Under the pieces are notes generated by a model. That model did not search any database, was not told where the DNA came from, and was given only the letters and a program-made list of their open reading frames with translations. DNA of 64,000 nt from the human T2T-CHM13v2.0 reference genome, Homo sapiens: contig CP068257.2 in NCBI GenBank assembly GCA_009914755.4, positions 6,688,001 to 6,752,000 on the forward strand. Direction: 5' to 3'. The position numbers and the translations under genes were made by a program. This document shows positions 42,901 to 57,300 of this stretch, one piece after another (positions within the stretch are counted from its first letter, which is position 1; every line of letters starts with the position of its first letter).

Positions 42901-45530
42901 TACTGGAATGTCATGGAAACAACCCGAGTGGAGTGGAATGGAATGGAATGGAATGGAATGGAATGGATTGGAATGGAATGTAAAGGAATGGAATGGAATC
43001 AACCCGACTGGAGTGGAATGGAAAGGAAAGGAATGAATGGAATGGAATGGAATGGATTGGAATGGAATGGAATGGAATAAACCAGAATGGAATGGAATGA
43101 AATGGAATGGAATGGAGTGGAATGGAATAAACACCAGTGGAATGAAATGGAATGGAAGGAAATGGAATGGAATGGACTGGAATGGAATGGAATGGAATGA
43201 AATCAACCCGAATAGAATGGAACGGAAAGGAATGTAATGGAATAGAGTGGAATGGAATGGAATGGAATGAAATCAACCCGAATAGAATGGAACGGAAAGG
43301 AATGTAATGGAATAGAGTGGAATGGAATGGAATGGAATGGAATGGAATGGAATGGAATGGAATGGAATGGAATGGATTCAACCCGAGTGGAATGGAATGG
43401 AATGGAATGCAATGGAATGGAATGGTATGGAATCAACCCTAGTGGAATGGTATGGAATGGAATGGAACGGAACGGAATGGAATTTAATCAACCCGAATGG
43501 AATGGAACGGAATGGAGTGGAATGGTACGGAATGGAATGAAATGGAAAGGAATCAACACGAAGGGTATGGATTGTAATGCAATGGAATGGAATGGAATGG
43601 AATCAACCCGACTGGAATGCAATGGAATAAAATGGAATGGAATGGAACGGAACGGAACGGAACGGAACGGAATTGAAAGGAATGGAATCAACCCGAGTGA
43701 AAAGGAATGGAATGGAAAGGAATGGAATGGAATGGAATGGAATGGAATGGAATGGAGTGGAATGGAATGGAATGGAATAACATGCAATCAACTTTGGTGG
43801 CATGGTATGGAATGGAATAACATGCAATCAAATTTGGTGGAATGGTATTTAAAGAAATGGAAAAGAATGGAATGGAATGGAATAAAAGGGCATTGAAAGG
43901 AAAGGAATCAAACCGAATGGAATGGAACGGAATGGAGTGGAATGGTATGGAATGGAATGGAATGGAAAGAAATCAACCCGATGTGTATGGAATGGAATGG
44001 AATGGAATGGAACGGAATGGAATGGAATCAACACGAGTGGAATGCAATGGAATGAAATGGAATGGAATGGAACGGAACAGAACAGAATTGAATGAAATGG
44101 AATCAACCCAAGTGGAAAGGAATGGAATGGAATGGAATGCAATGGAATGCAATTGAATGGAATGGAATAACATGCAATCAACTTTGGTGGAATGGTATGG
44201 AATGGAATGGAATATAATGGAATGGAATGGAACAAAAGGGCATGGAATGGAACGGAATCAAACCGAATGGAATAGAGCGGAAGGGAGTGGAATGGTATGG
44301 AATGGAATGGAATGGAAAGGAATGAACCTGAAGGGCATAGAATGGAATGGAATGGAATGGAAGGGAATGGAAAGGAATGGAATCAACTCGAGTGGAATGT
44401 AATGGAATGGAATGGAACGGAACGGAACGGAAAGGAATTGAATGGAATGGAATCAACCCGAGTGGAATGGAATGGAATGGAATGCAATGGAATGGAATGG
44501 AATGCAATGGAATGGAATGGAATGGAATGGAATGGAATGGAATGGAATGGAATGGAATGGAATAACATGCAATCAACTTTGGTGGAAAGCTATAGAATGG
44601 AATGGAAGGGAATGGAATGGAATGGAATGGAATGGAATGGAAAGGAATGGAATGGAATGGAATAAAAGGGCATGGAATGGAACAGAATCAACCCGAATGG
44701 AAAGGAACGGAAAGGAGTGGAATGGTATGGAATGGAATGGAATAGAAAGGAATCAACCCGAAGGGTATGGAATGGAATGGAATGGAATGGAATGGAATGG
44801 AATGGAATCAACCCGAGTGGAATGCAATGGAATGAAATGGAAGGGAATGGAATGGAATGGAACGGAACGGAACGGAATGGAACGGAACGGAATTGAATGG
44901 AATGGAATCAATAAAAGTGGAAAGGAATGGAATGGAATGGAATGGAATGGAATGGAATGGAATGGAATGCAATGGAATGGAATGGAATGGAATGGAATGG
45001 AATGGAATGGAATGGAATGCAATGGAATGGAATGGAATGGAATGGAATGGAATGGAATGGAATAGCATGCAATCAACTTTGGTGGAATGGCATGGAATGG
45101 AATGGAATGGAATGGAATAAAAGGGCATGGAATGGAATGGAATCAACCCGAGAGGAATGGAATGAAATGGAATGGAATGGAATGGAATGGAAATCAGTCA
45201 AACCGAGTGGAATGTAATGTAATGGAATGGAATGGAAACACTGCAAAGCAATGCTATCAAAGGGAATGGAATGCATTGGAATGGAATGGAATGGAATCAC
45301 CCTGAGTAGAAAGGAATGGAATGGAATGGAATGGAACGGATGGAATGGAATGGAAACTAATGGAATGGAATGGAAACAACCCGAGTGGAATGGAATGCAA
45401 TGGAATGGAATGGAATGGAATGGAATGGAATGGAATACAACAAAATGGAAACAACCTGAGTGGAATGGCATGGAATGGAAAGGACTTGAATATAATGGAA
45501 TGGATCAGAATCAACCGGATTAGAAACTAA
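39975..45530 (+). repeat. HOR family B, copy 1 (~5.55 kb unit).
   Basis: The sequence from 39961 (..GGAACGGAATGGAAGCAACCGGAGTGGAATGAAATGGAATGGAATTGAAAGG..) recurs at 45540. ORF pairs are identical at offsets of 5555, 5550, 5470, 5465 and 5505: 40367..41083(-) vs 45922..46638(-); 40385..40759 vs 46009..46314; 40926..41441(-) vs 46481..46996(-); 41223 vs 46778; 42270..42701 vs 47820..48251; 42533 vs 48083; 43488..43787(-) vs 48958..49257(-); 43842..44156 vs 49312..49626; 44297..44665 vs 49767..50135; 45087..45305 vs 50592..50810; 45227 vs 50732. Confidence 0.88.
43201..43340 (+). repeat. HOR-B copy 1 only: a ~70 bp tandem micro-duplication (AATCAACCCGAATAGAATGGAACGGAAAGGAATGTAATGGAATAGAGTGGAATGGAATGGAATGGAATGA x2) plus two extra GGAAT units, giving a net +80 bp relative to copy 2.
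   Basis: The motif starts at 43201 and again at 43271. The corresponding site in copy 2 (48741-48850) has a single copy followed by 8 rather than 10 AATGG units. The inter-copy offset drops from 5550 to 5470 exactly across this interval. Confidence 0.8.
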
Positions 45531-48500
45531 TGGAATGGAATGGAATGGAATGGAATGGAACGGAATGGAAGCAACCGGAGTGGAATGAAATGGAATGGAA
45601 TTGAAAGGAATGGAATGGAATGGAATGGAATGGAATGGAATGGAATGGAACGGACCGGAACCGAATGGAATTGAATGGAATGGAATCAACCCAAGTGGAA
45701 AGGAATGGAATGGAATGGAATGGAATGGAATGGAATGGAATGGAATGGAATAGCATGCAATCAACTTTGGTGGAATGGTATGGAATGGAATGGAATGGAA
45801 TGGAATGGAATGGAATAAAAGGGCATGGCATGGAATGGAACCATTCCGAGGGGAATGGTATGGAATGGAATGGAATGGATTGTAATGGAATGGAATAGAA
45901 ATGAATCAAACCGTGTGGAATTTAATGTAATATAATGTAATGGAAAGGAATGGGAACAATGCAATGCAATGGTATCAACTGGAATGGAATGCATTGTAAT
46001 GGAATGGAATGGAATGGAATCACCCTGAGTGGAAAGGAATAGAATGGAATGGAAAGGAATGGAATGGAATCAAAACTAATGGAACGGAATGGAAACAACC
46101 CGAGTGGAATGGAATGCAATGGAATGGAATGGAATGGAATGCAATGGAATGGAATGGAATGGAATGCAGTGGAATGGAATGGAATGGAATGGAATGGAAT
46201 GGAATGGAATGGAATGGAATACAACAAAATGGAAACAACCCGAGTGGAATGGCATGGAATGGAAAGCACTTGAATATAATGGAATGGATTGGAATCAACC
46301 CGATTAGAAAATAATGGAATGGAATGGAATGGAATGGAATGGAATGGAATGGAATGGAATCTAACCAAGTGGAATGGAAAGGAATGGAATTTAATGGAAT
46401 GAAATGGAATGGAATGGAACGGAATTGAATATAATGGAATGGAATGGAATCTACCCGAGTGGAATGGAATGGAATGGAATTTAATGGAATGGAATGGAAT
46501 AGAATGTAATGGAATCAACCCGAGTGGAATGGTATAGAATGTAATGGAATGCAATGGAATGAAATAAAATGGAATGGAATGGAATGGCATGGAAACAACC
46601 CGAGTGGAATGGAATGGAATAACCGGAGAGGAATGCAATGGAATGGAGTGGAATGGAATGGAATAGAATGGAATGGAATGGAATGGAATGGAATGGAATA
46701 GAATGAAATTGAAAGTAATGGAATGGAAAACACCCGAGTGGAATGGAATGGAATGGAATGGAATTTAATGGAATGGAATGGAATGGAATCAACCCGAGTG
46801 GAATGGAAAGGAATGGAATGGATCGGAATATAATGGAATGGAATGGAATCAACCCGAGAGGAACGGAATGAAATGGAATGGAATGGAATGGAATGGAATG
46901 GAATGGAATGGAATGGAAATCAGTCAAACCGAGTGGAATGGAATGGAATGGAATGGAATGGAATGAAATGGAAACAGTGCAAAGCAATGCTATCAAAGGG
47001 AATGGAATGCATTGGAATGGAATGGAATGGAATCACCCTGAGTAGAAAGGAATGGAATGGAATGGAATGGAAAGGATGGAATGGAATGGAAACTAATGGA
47101 ACGGAATGGAAACAACCCGAGTGGAAGGGAATGTAATGGAATGCAATGGAATGGAATGGAATGGAATACAACAAAATGGAAACAACCCGAGTGGAATGGC
47201 ATGGAATGGAAAGGACTTGAATATAATGAAATGGATTGGAATCAACCCGATTAGAAACTAATGGAATGGAATGGAATGGAATGGAATGGAATGGAATGGA
47301 ATGGAATGGAATCTACACAAGTGGAATGGAATGTAATGGAATTAAATGGAATGGAATAGAATGGAATGGAATGGAACGGAGTGGAATGGAATGGAATGGA
47401 ACGGAATCTACCCGAGTGGAATGGAATGGAATGGGATTTAATGGAATGGAATGGAATAGAATGGTATGGAATCAACCCGAGTGGAATGGTAAAGAATGCA
47501 AAGTAATGTAAAGTAATGGAATGGAATAAAATGGAATGGAATGGAATGGAAACAACCCGAGTGGAGTGGACTGGAATGGAATGGAATGGAATGGAATAAC
47601 CGGAGAGGAATTGAATAGAATGCAGTGTAATGGAATGGAATACAACGGAATGGAATGGAATAGAATGAAATGGAAAGGAATGGAATAGAAACAACCCGAG
47701 TGGAATGGAATGGAATGGAATCCACCCGAGTGGAATGGAATGCAATGGAATTGAACGGAATATAATGGAATTGAAGGGAATCATCCCGAGTGGAATGGAA
47801 TAGTATTTAATGCAATGGAATGGAAAGGAACAGAACGGAATGGAATGGAAAGAATAGATTGAATCCAAGTGGATTTGAATGGAATGAAATTGATTGGAAA
47901 GGAATGGAATGGATTCTAATGGAAAGGAGTGGATTCAACCCGAGGGAATGTAATGGATTGGAATGGAGTGGAATGGAATGGAATGTAATCAACACGAATG
48001 GAATGGAACGGAATGGAATGGAATGGAATGGAATGCTATGGAATGAAATAGAAAGGAACGGAATAGAATCAACCCAAATGGAATGGAATGGAATGGAAGG
48101 GAATCAACACGTGTGGAATGGAATGGAAAGGAATGCAAAGGAATGGAATGGAATGGAATGCAATGGAATGGAATGGAATGGAATGGAATGGAATCAACCC
48201 GAGTGGAGGGGAATGGAATGGAATGGAATCAACAAGAGTGGAGTGGAATAAAATGGAATGGAATGGGATGGAATCAACCTGAGTGGAACGGAATGGAATG
48301 GAATGGAACGGAATGGAATGGTATCAACCAGAGTGGACTGGAATGGAATGGAATGGAATGGAATGGAATGGAATGGAACAGAATCAACCTGAGTCAAATA
48401 GAATGGAATGGAATGGAATGGAATGCAATGGAATGGAAACTACTGGAATGTCATGGAAACAACCCGAGTGGAGTGGAATGGAATGGAATGGAATGGAATG

Positions 48501-51040
48501 GAATGGAATGGAATGGATTGGAATGGAATGTAAAGGAATGGAATGGAATCAACCCGACTGGAATGGAATGGAAAGGAAAGGAATGAATGGAATGGAATGG
48601 AATGGATTGGAATGGAATGGAATGGAATAAACCAGAATGGAATGGAATGAAATGGAATGGAATGGAGTGGAATGGAATAAACACCAGTGGAATGAAATGG
48701 AATGGAAGGAAATGGAATGGAATGGAATGGAATGGAATGGAATGGAATGAAATCAACCCGAATAGAATGGAACGGAAAGGAATGTAATGGAATAGAGTGG
48801 AATGGAATGGAATGGAATGGAATGGAATGGAATGGAATGGAATGGATTCAACCCGAGTGGAATGGAATGGAATGGAATGCAATGGAATGGAATGGTATGG
48901 AATCAACCCTAGTGGAATGGTATGGAATGGAATGGAACGGAACGGAATGGAATTTAATCAACCCGAATGGAATGGAACGGAATGGAGTGGAATGGTACGG
49001 AATGGAATGAAATGGAAAGGAATCAACACGAAGGGTATGGATTGTAATGCAATGGAATGGAATGGAATGGAATCAACCCGACTGGAATGCAATGGAATAA
49101 AATGGAATGGAATGGAACGGAACGGAACGGAACGGAACGGAATTGAAAGGAATGGAATCAACCCGAGTGAAAAGGAATGGAATGGAAAGGAATGGAATGG
49201 AATGGAATGGAATGGAATGGAATGGAGTGGAATGGAATGGAATGGAATAACATGCAATCAACTTTGGTGGCATGGTATGGAATGGAATAACATGCAATCA
49301 AATTTGGTGGAATGGTATTTAAAGAAATGGAAAAGAATGGAATGGAATGGAATAAAAGGGCATTGAAAGGAAAGGAATCAAACCGAATGGAATGGAACGG
49401 AATGGAGTGGAATGGTATGGAATGGAATGGAATGGAAAGAAATCAACCCGATGTGTATGGAATGGAATGGAATGGAATGGAACGGAATGGAATGGAATCA
49501 ACACGAGTGGAATGCAATGGAATGAAATGGAATGGAATGGAACGGAACAGAACAGAATTGAATGAAATGGAATCAACCCAAGTGGAAAGGAATGGAATGG
49601 AATGGAATGCAATGGAATGCAATTGAATGGAATGGAATAACATGCAATCAACTTTGGTGGAATGGTATGGAATGGAATGGAATATAATGGAATGGAATGG
49701 AACAAAAGGGCATGGAATGGAACGGAATCAAACCGAATGGAATAGAGCGGAAGGGAGTGGAATGGTATGGAATGGAATGGAATGGAAAGGAATGAACCTG
49801 AAGGGCATGGAATGGAATGGAATGGAATGGAAGGGAATGGAAAGGAATGGAATCAACTCGAGTGGAATGTAATGGAATGGAATGGAACGGAACGGAACGG
49901 AAAGGAATTGAATGGAATGGAATCAACCCGAGTGGAATGGAATGGAATGGAATGCAATGGAATGGAATGGAATGCAATGGAATGGAATGGAATGGAATGG
50001 AATGGAATGGAATGGAATGGAATGGAATGGAATAACATGCAATCAACTTTGGTGGAAAGCTATAGAATGGAATGGAAGGGAATGGAATGGAATGGAATGG
50101 AATGGAATGGAAAGGAATGGAATGGAATGGAATAAAAGGGCATGGAATGGAACAGAATCAACCCGAATGGAAAGGAACGGAAAGGAGTGGAATGGTATGG
50201 AATGGAATGGAATAGAAAGGAATCAACCCGAAGGGTATGGAATGGAATGGAATGGAATGGAATGGAATGGAATCAACCCGAGTGGAATGCAATGGAATGA
50301 AATGGAAGGGAATGGAATGGAATGGAACGGAACGGAACGGAATGGAACGGAACGGAATTGAATGGAATGGAATCAATAAAAGTGGAAAGGAATGGAATGG
50401 AATGGAATGGAATGGAATGGAATGGAATGGAATGCAATGGAATGGAATGGAATGGAATGGAATGGAATGGAATGCAATGGAATGGAATGGAATGGAATGG
50501 AATGGAATGGAATGGAATGGAATGGAATGCAATGGAATGGAATGGAATGGAATGGAATGGAATGGAATAGCATGCAATCAACTTTGGTGGAATGGCATGG
50601 AATGGAATGGAATGGAATGGAATAAAAGGGCATGGAATGGAATGGAATCAACCCGAGAGGAATGGAATGAAATGGAATGGAATGGAATGGAATGGAAATC
50701 AGTCAAACCGAGTGGAATGTAATGTAATGGAATGGAATGGAAACACTGCAAAGCAATGCTATCAAAGGGAATGGAATGCATTGGAATGGAATGGAATGGA
50801 ATCACCCTGAGTAGAAAGGAATGGAATGGAATGGAATGGAACGGATGGAATGGAATGGAAACTAATGGAATGGAATGGAAACAACCCGAGTGGAATGGAA
50901 TGCAATGGAATGGAATGGAATGGAATGGAATGGAATGGAATGGAATACAACAAAATGGAAACAACCTGAGTGGAATGGCATGGAATGGAAAGGACTTGAA
51001 TATAATGGAATGGATCAGAATCAACCGGATTAGAAACTAA
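45530..51040 (+). repeat. HOR family B, copy 2 (~5.51 kb unit). It ends at ~51040, where the sequence jumps to a diverged interior portion of the unit.
   Basis: See copy 1. ORF 45620..45898 equals the C-terminal part of 39915..40343, offset 5555. After 51040 the sequence resembles the unit interior near 41716 (peptide IY(T/K)SGMECNGIKWNGIEWNG) instead of starting a phase-preserving third copy. Confidence 0.85.
50380..50570 (+). repeat. Near-pure (GGAAT)n tract (~38 units, with occasional GCAAT variants). It is ~40 bp (8 units) longer than its counterpart at 44897-45060 in HOR-B copy 1.
   Basis: Read directly. The inter-copy offset changes from 5465 to 5505 across this tract. Confidence 0.75.
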
Positions 51041-53569
51041 TGGAATGGAATGGAATGGAATGGAATGGAATGGAATGGAATAGAATGGAATGGAATGGAA
51101 TCTACAAAAGTGGAATGGAATGTAATGGAATTAAATGGAATGGAATAGAATGGAATGGAACGGAATGGAATGGAATGGAATGGAATGGAATGGAATGGAA
51201 TCAACCCGAGTGGAATGGAATGGAAAGGAATGGAAGGGAATCAACACGAGTGGAATGGAATGGAAAGGAATGCAATGGAATGGAATGGAATGGAATGGAA
51301 TGGAATGGAATGGAGTGGAATGGAATGGAATCTACCCAAGTGCAATGGAATGGAATGGAATTTAATGGAATGGAATGGAATAGAATGGTATGGAATCAAC
51401 CCCAGTGGAATGGTAAAGAATGCAATGTAATGGAACGGAATGGAATGGAATAAAATGGAATGGAATGGAATGGAATGGAAACAACCCGAGTGCAATGGAA
51501 TGGAATGGAATAACCGGAGAGGAATGGAATGGAATGAAGTGTAATGGAATGTAATAGAATGGAATGGAATGGAATGGAATGGAATGGAATGGAATAGAAT
51601 GAAATGGAAAGGAATGGAATAGAAACAACCAGAGTGGAATGGAATGGAAAGGAATCCACCCTAGTGGAATGCAATGGAATGGAATGGAACGGAACACAAT
51701 GGAATGGAATGGAATTGTCCCGAGTGGAATGGAATGGTATGGAATGCAATAGAATGGAATGGAACAGAACGGAATGAAATGGAATGGAATAGATTGTATG
51801 CGAGTGGAATTGAATGGAATGGAATGGATTGCAATGGAATGGAATGGATTGGAGTGGAATGGAATGGAATCAACACGAATGGAATGTAACGGAATGGAAT
51901 GGAATGGAATGTAACGGAATGGAATGGAATGGAATGGAAAGGAACGGAATGGAATCAAACTTAGTGGAATGGAAGGGAATGGAATGGAATCCACCCGAGT
52001 GTAATGGAATGGAATGGAATGCAATGGAATTGAACGGAATATAATGGAATGGAATGCAATCATCCCGAGTGGAATGGAATGGTATATAATGCAATGGAAT
52101 GAAATGGAACAGAACGGAATGGAATGGAAATAATAGATTGAATCCAAGTGGAATTGAATGGAATGGAATGGATTGGAAAGGAATGGAATGGATTGGAATG
52201 GAAAGGAATGGATTCAACCCGAGTGGAATGTAATGGATTGGAATGGAGTGGAATGGAATGGAACGGAATGAACACGAATGTAATCGAATGGAATGGAATG
52301 GAATGGTAAGCAATGAAATGGAAAGGAACGGAATAGAATCAAACCAAGTGGAAGGGAATGGAATGGAATGGAAGGGAATCAACACGAGTGGAATGGAATG
52401 GAAAGGAATGCAATGGAATGGAATGGAATGGAATGGAATGGAATGGAATGGAATCTACCCGAGTGGAGTGGAATGCAATGGAATGGAATGGAATGGAATC
52501 AACCCGAGTGGAATGGAATGGAAGAGAATGCAATAGAATGGAATGGAATGGAATGCAATGGAATGGAATGGAGTGGAATTCAATGGAATCAAACCGAGTG
52601 GAATGGAATGGTATGGAATGCAATTAAATGGAGTGGAACAGAAGGGAATGGAATGGAATGGAATTGATTGAATCCGAGTGGAATTGAATGGAAGGGAATA
52701 CATCGGAATGGAATGGAAAAGATTCAACCCGAGTGGAATGTAATGGAATGGATTGGAGTGGAATGGAGTGGAATCACCACAAATGGAATGGAATGCAATG
52801 GAATAGAAGGGATTGGAATAGAATGGAATGGAATGGAACGGAATGGAATAGAATGGAATGTAATGGAATGGAGTAGAATGGAATAAACACCAGTGGAATG
52901 AAATGGAATGGAATGGAATGGAATGGAATTGAATGGAATGAAATGAACCCCAGTAGAACACAACGGAATGGAATGGAATGGAAAGGAATGGAATCAACTG
53001 GAATGGAATGAAATGGAATGGAATGGAGTGGAATGGAATGGAATGCAATGGAATCAACAAGAGTGAAATGCAATGGAATGGAATAGAATGGAATGGAATG
53101 GAACGGAATGGAATCAACCAGAATGGAGTGAAATAAAATGGAAAGGAGTGGAATGGAATCAACCTGAGTGGAACGGAACGGAATGGAATGGAATGCAATG
53201 GAATGGAATGGAATGGAATGGAATGGAATGGTATCAACCAGAGTGGAATGGAATGGAATGGAATGGAATGGAATGGAGCAGGAATGGAATGCAATGGAAT
53301 CAACTGCAATGAAATGGAATGGAATGGAATTGATTGAATCCGAGTGGAAATAAAAGGAAGGGAGTGCATTGGAATGGAATGGAAAGGATTAAACCCGAGT
53401 GGAATGTAATGGAATGGAGTGGAGTGGAATGGAATGGTATGGAATGGAATGGAATGGAATAGAATCAACACAAAGAGAAAGGAATGGAATGGAATGGAAT
53501 AGAATGGAAAGGAACGGAATGCACTGGAATGGAATGGAATGGAATGAAATGGAATAAACCCGAATGGAA

Positions 53570-54350
53570 TGAAATGGAATGGAATGGAATGGAATGGAAT
53601 GCAATGGAATGGAATGGAATGGAATGGAATAATATGCAATCAACTTTGGTGGAATGGTATAGAATGGAATGCAATGGAATGGAATGGAATGGAATGGAAT
53701 CAAACCGAGTGGAATGCAATGGAATGGAATAGAATGGAATGGAATGGAATGGAATCAACCCGAAGGAAATGGAATGGAATGGAAAGGAATGAATGCAATG
53801 GAATGGAATGGGATGGTATGGAATGCAATGGGATGGAATTGAATGGAATGGAACGGAATGGAACGGAATGGAATGGACCTCAATGGAATGGAAGGGAATG
53901 GAATGGATTGGAATGGGATGGAACGGAATTAACCCGAGTGGAATGGAATGGAATGGAATGGAACGGAATGGAATGGAATGGAATGGACCCCAATGGAATG
54001 GAATGGAATGGAATGGAATGGAATGGAATGGAATGGAATCAACCCGAGTGGAATGTAATGGAATGGAATGCAATGAAATGGAACGGTATGGAATCAACCC
54101 TAGTGGAATGGTGTGGAATGGAATGGAACGGAACGGAATGGAATGGAATGGAATCAACCTGAATGGAATGGAATGGAATGCAGTGGAAAGGTACGTAATG
54201 GAATGGATTGGAAAGGAATCAACTCGAAAGGTATGGAATGGAATGCAATGGAATGGAACGGAATGGAATGGAATCAACCTGAGTGGAATGCAATGGAATA
54301 AAATGGAATGGAATGGAACGGAACGGAACGGAATGGAACGGAATTGAAAG
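53570..54350 (+). repeat. Diverged-module block duplicated at 59400-60050 (offset ~5.82 kb).
   Basis: ORF 53793..54347 vs 59617..59877 have near-identical N-terminal ~85 aa. ORF 53569..54162 vs the 59132..60052 interior both read METTR/MESTRRKWNGMERNECNGMEWDGMECNGMELNGMERNGTEWNGPQWNG...DGTELTRVEWNG. Confidence 0.7.
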
Positions 54351-57300
54351 GAATGGAATCAACCCGAGTGGAAAGGAATGGAATGGAATGGAATGGAATT
54401 TAGTGGAATGGAATGGAATGGAATAACATGCAATCAACTTTGGTGGAATAGTATGGAATGAAATAACATGCAATCAACTTTGGTGGAAAGGTATGGAATG
54501 GAATGGAAAGGAATGCAATGGAATGGAATAAAAGGGCATGGAATGGAACGGAATCAACCCGAATGGAATGGAACGGAATGGAGAGGAATGGTATGGAATG
54601 GAATGGAATGGAAAGAAATCAACCCAAAGGGTATGGAACGGAACGGAATAGAATGGAATGGAATCAACCCGAGTGGAAAGGAATGGAAAGAAATGGAATG
54701 GAATGTAATGGAATGGAATAACATGCAATCAATTTTTGTGGAATGGTATGGAATGGAATGGAATGGAATGGAATGGAATGGAATGGAAAGGAATGGAATA
54801 AAAGGGCATGGAATGGAACGGAATCAACCCGAATGGAATGGAGCGGAATGGAGTGGAATGGTATGGAATGGAATAGAATGGAAAGGAATCAACACGAAGG
54901 GTGTGGAATGGAATGGAATGGAATGGAAAAGAATGGAATCAACACGATTGCAATGCAATGGAATGAAATATAATGGAATGGAATGGAACGGAACGGAACG
55001 GAATTGAAAGGAATGGAATCAACCCGAGTGGAATGCAATGCAATGGAATGGAATGGAATGGAATGGAATGGAATGGAATGGAATGGAATAAAAGGGCATG
55101 GAATTGAATGGAATCAACCAGAGAGGAATGGAATGGAATGGAATGGAATGGAATGGAATAGAATGGAATGGAATAAAAGGGCATGGGATGGAACAGAATC
55201 AACCCGAATGGAATGGATCGGAATGGAGTGGAACGGTATTGAATGGAATCGAAAGGAAAGGAATCAATCTGAGGGGTATGTAATGGAAAGGAATGGAATG
55301 GAATGGAATGGAATCAGCCCGACTGGACTGCAATGGAATGAAATGGAATGGAATGGAAAGGAATGGAACGGAACGGAACAGAACCGAACAGAATTGAATG
55401 GAATGAAATCAACCCAAGTGGAAAGGAATGGAATGGAATGGAATGGAATGGAATGGAATGGAAAGGTATGGAATGGAATAGCATGCAATCAACTTTGGTG
55501 GAATGGTATGGAATAGAATGGAATGGAATGAAATAAAAGGGCATGGAATGGAACGGAATCAAACCGAATGGAATGGAACGGAATGGAGTGGAATGGTATG
55601 GAATGGAATGGAATGGAAAGAAATCAACCCGAAGGGTATGGAATGGAATGGAATTGAAAGGAATGGAATGGAATGGAATCAACCCGAGAGGAATGCAATG
55701 GAATGAAATGGAATGGAATGGAAAGGAACGGAACGGAATAGAATGGAATGGAATCAACCCGAGTGGAAAGGAATGGAAAGAAATGGAATGGAGTGTAATG
55801 GAATGCAATAACATGCAATCAACTTTGGTGGAATGGTATGGAATGGAATGGAATGGAATGGAATGGAATTGAATGGAATGGAATGGAATGGAAAGGAATG
55901 GAATAAAAGGGCATGGAATGGAACGGAATCAACCCGAATGGAATGGAGCGGAATGGAGTGGAAAGGTATGGAATGGAATGGAATGGAAAGGAATCAACCC
56001 GAAGGGTGTGGAATGGAATGGAATGGAATGGAAAAGAATGGAATCAGCACGATTGGAATACAATGGTATGAAATGTAATGGAATGGAACGGAACGGAATA
56101 GAACGGAATTGAAAGGAATGGAATCAACCCGAGTGGAATGGAATGAAATGCAACGGAATGGAATGGAATGGAATGGAATGGAATGGAATAACATGAAATC
56201 AACTTTGGTGGAATGATATGGAATGGAATGGAATGGAATGGAATGGAATTGAATAAAAGGGCATGGGATGGAAAAGAATCAACCCAAAAGGAATGCATCG
56301 GAATGGAGTGGAATGTTATTGAATGGAATCGAATGGAAAGGAATCAACCTGAAGGGTATGGAATGGAAAGGAATGGAATGGAATGGAATGGAATGGAATC
56401 AGCCCGACTGGAATGCAATGGAATGAAATGGAATGGAATGGAAAGGAATGGAAAGGAACGGAACAGAACGGAACAGAATTGAATGGAATGGAATCAACCC
56501 AAGTGGAAAGGAATGGAATGGAATGGAATGGAATGGAATGGAATGGAATGGAAAGGTATGGAATGGAATAGCATGCAATCAACTTTGGTGGAATGGTATG
56601 GAATGGAATGGAATGGAATAGAATGGAAACTACTGGAATGGAATGGAAATAAACCGAGTGGAATGGAATGCAATGGAATGGAATGGAATACAACAAAATG
56701 GAAACAACCCGAGTGGAATGGCATGGAATGGAAAGGACTTAAATATAATGGAATGGATTGGAATAAACCCAATTAGAAACTAATGGAATGGAATGGAATG
56801 GAATGGAATCTACCCGAGTGGAATGGAATGGAATGGAATTTAATGGAATGGAATGGAATGAATGGAATGGAACGGAATGGAATGGAATGGAATGTACCCG
56901 AGTGGAATGGAATGGAATGGAATTTAATGGAATGGAATGGAATAGAATGGTATGGAATCAACCAGAGTGGAATGGTATAGTATGGAATGTAATGGAACGG
57001 AATGCAATGCAATAAAATGGAATGCAATGGAATGGACACAACCCGAGTGGAATGGAATGGAATAACCGGAGAGGAATGGAATGGAATGGAGTGGAATGGA
57101 ATGGAATAGAATGGATTGGAATGGAATGGAATAGAAAGAAATGGAAAGGAATGGAATGGAAACAACCCGAGTGGAATGGAATGGAATGGAATGGAATGGA
57201 ATGGAATGGAATGGAATGGAATCAACACGAGTGGAATGGAATGGAATGGAATGGAATGGAATGGAATGGAATGGAATGGAATGGAACGGAATATAATGGA

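Noticed and set aside
51040-56600. A third full phase-preserving copy of the 5.5 kb HOR-B
   Set aside because: Similarity after 51040 is to the interior of the unit (~41716 onward) with ~0.5 kb of indels, and it fades after ~52.4 kb. It is a diverged partial relative, not a third clean copy.
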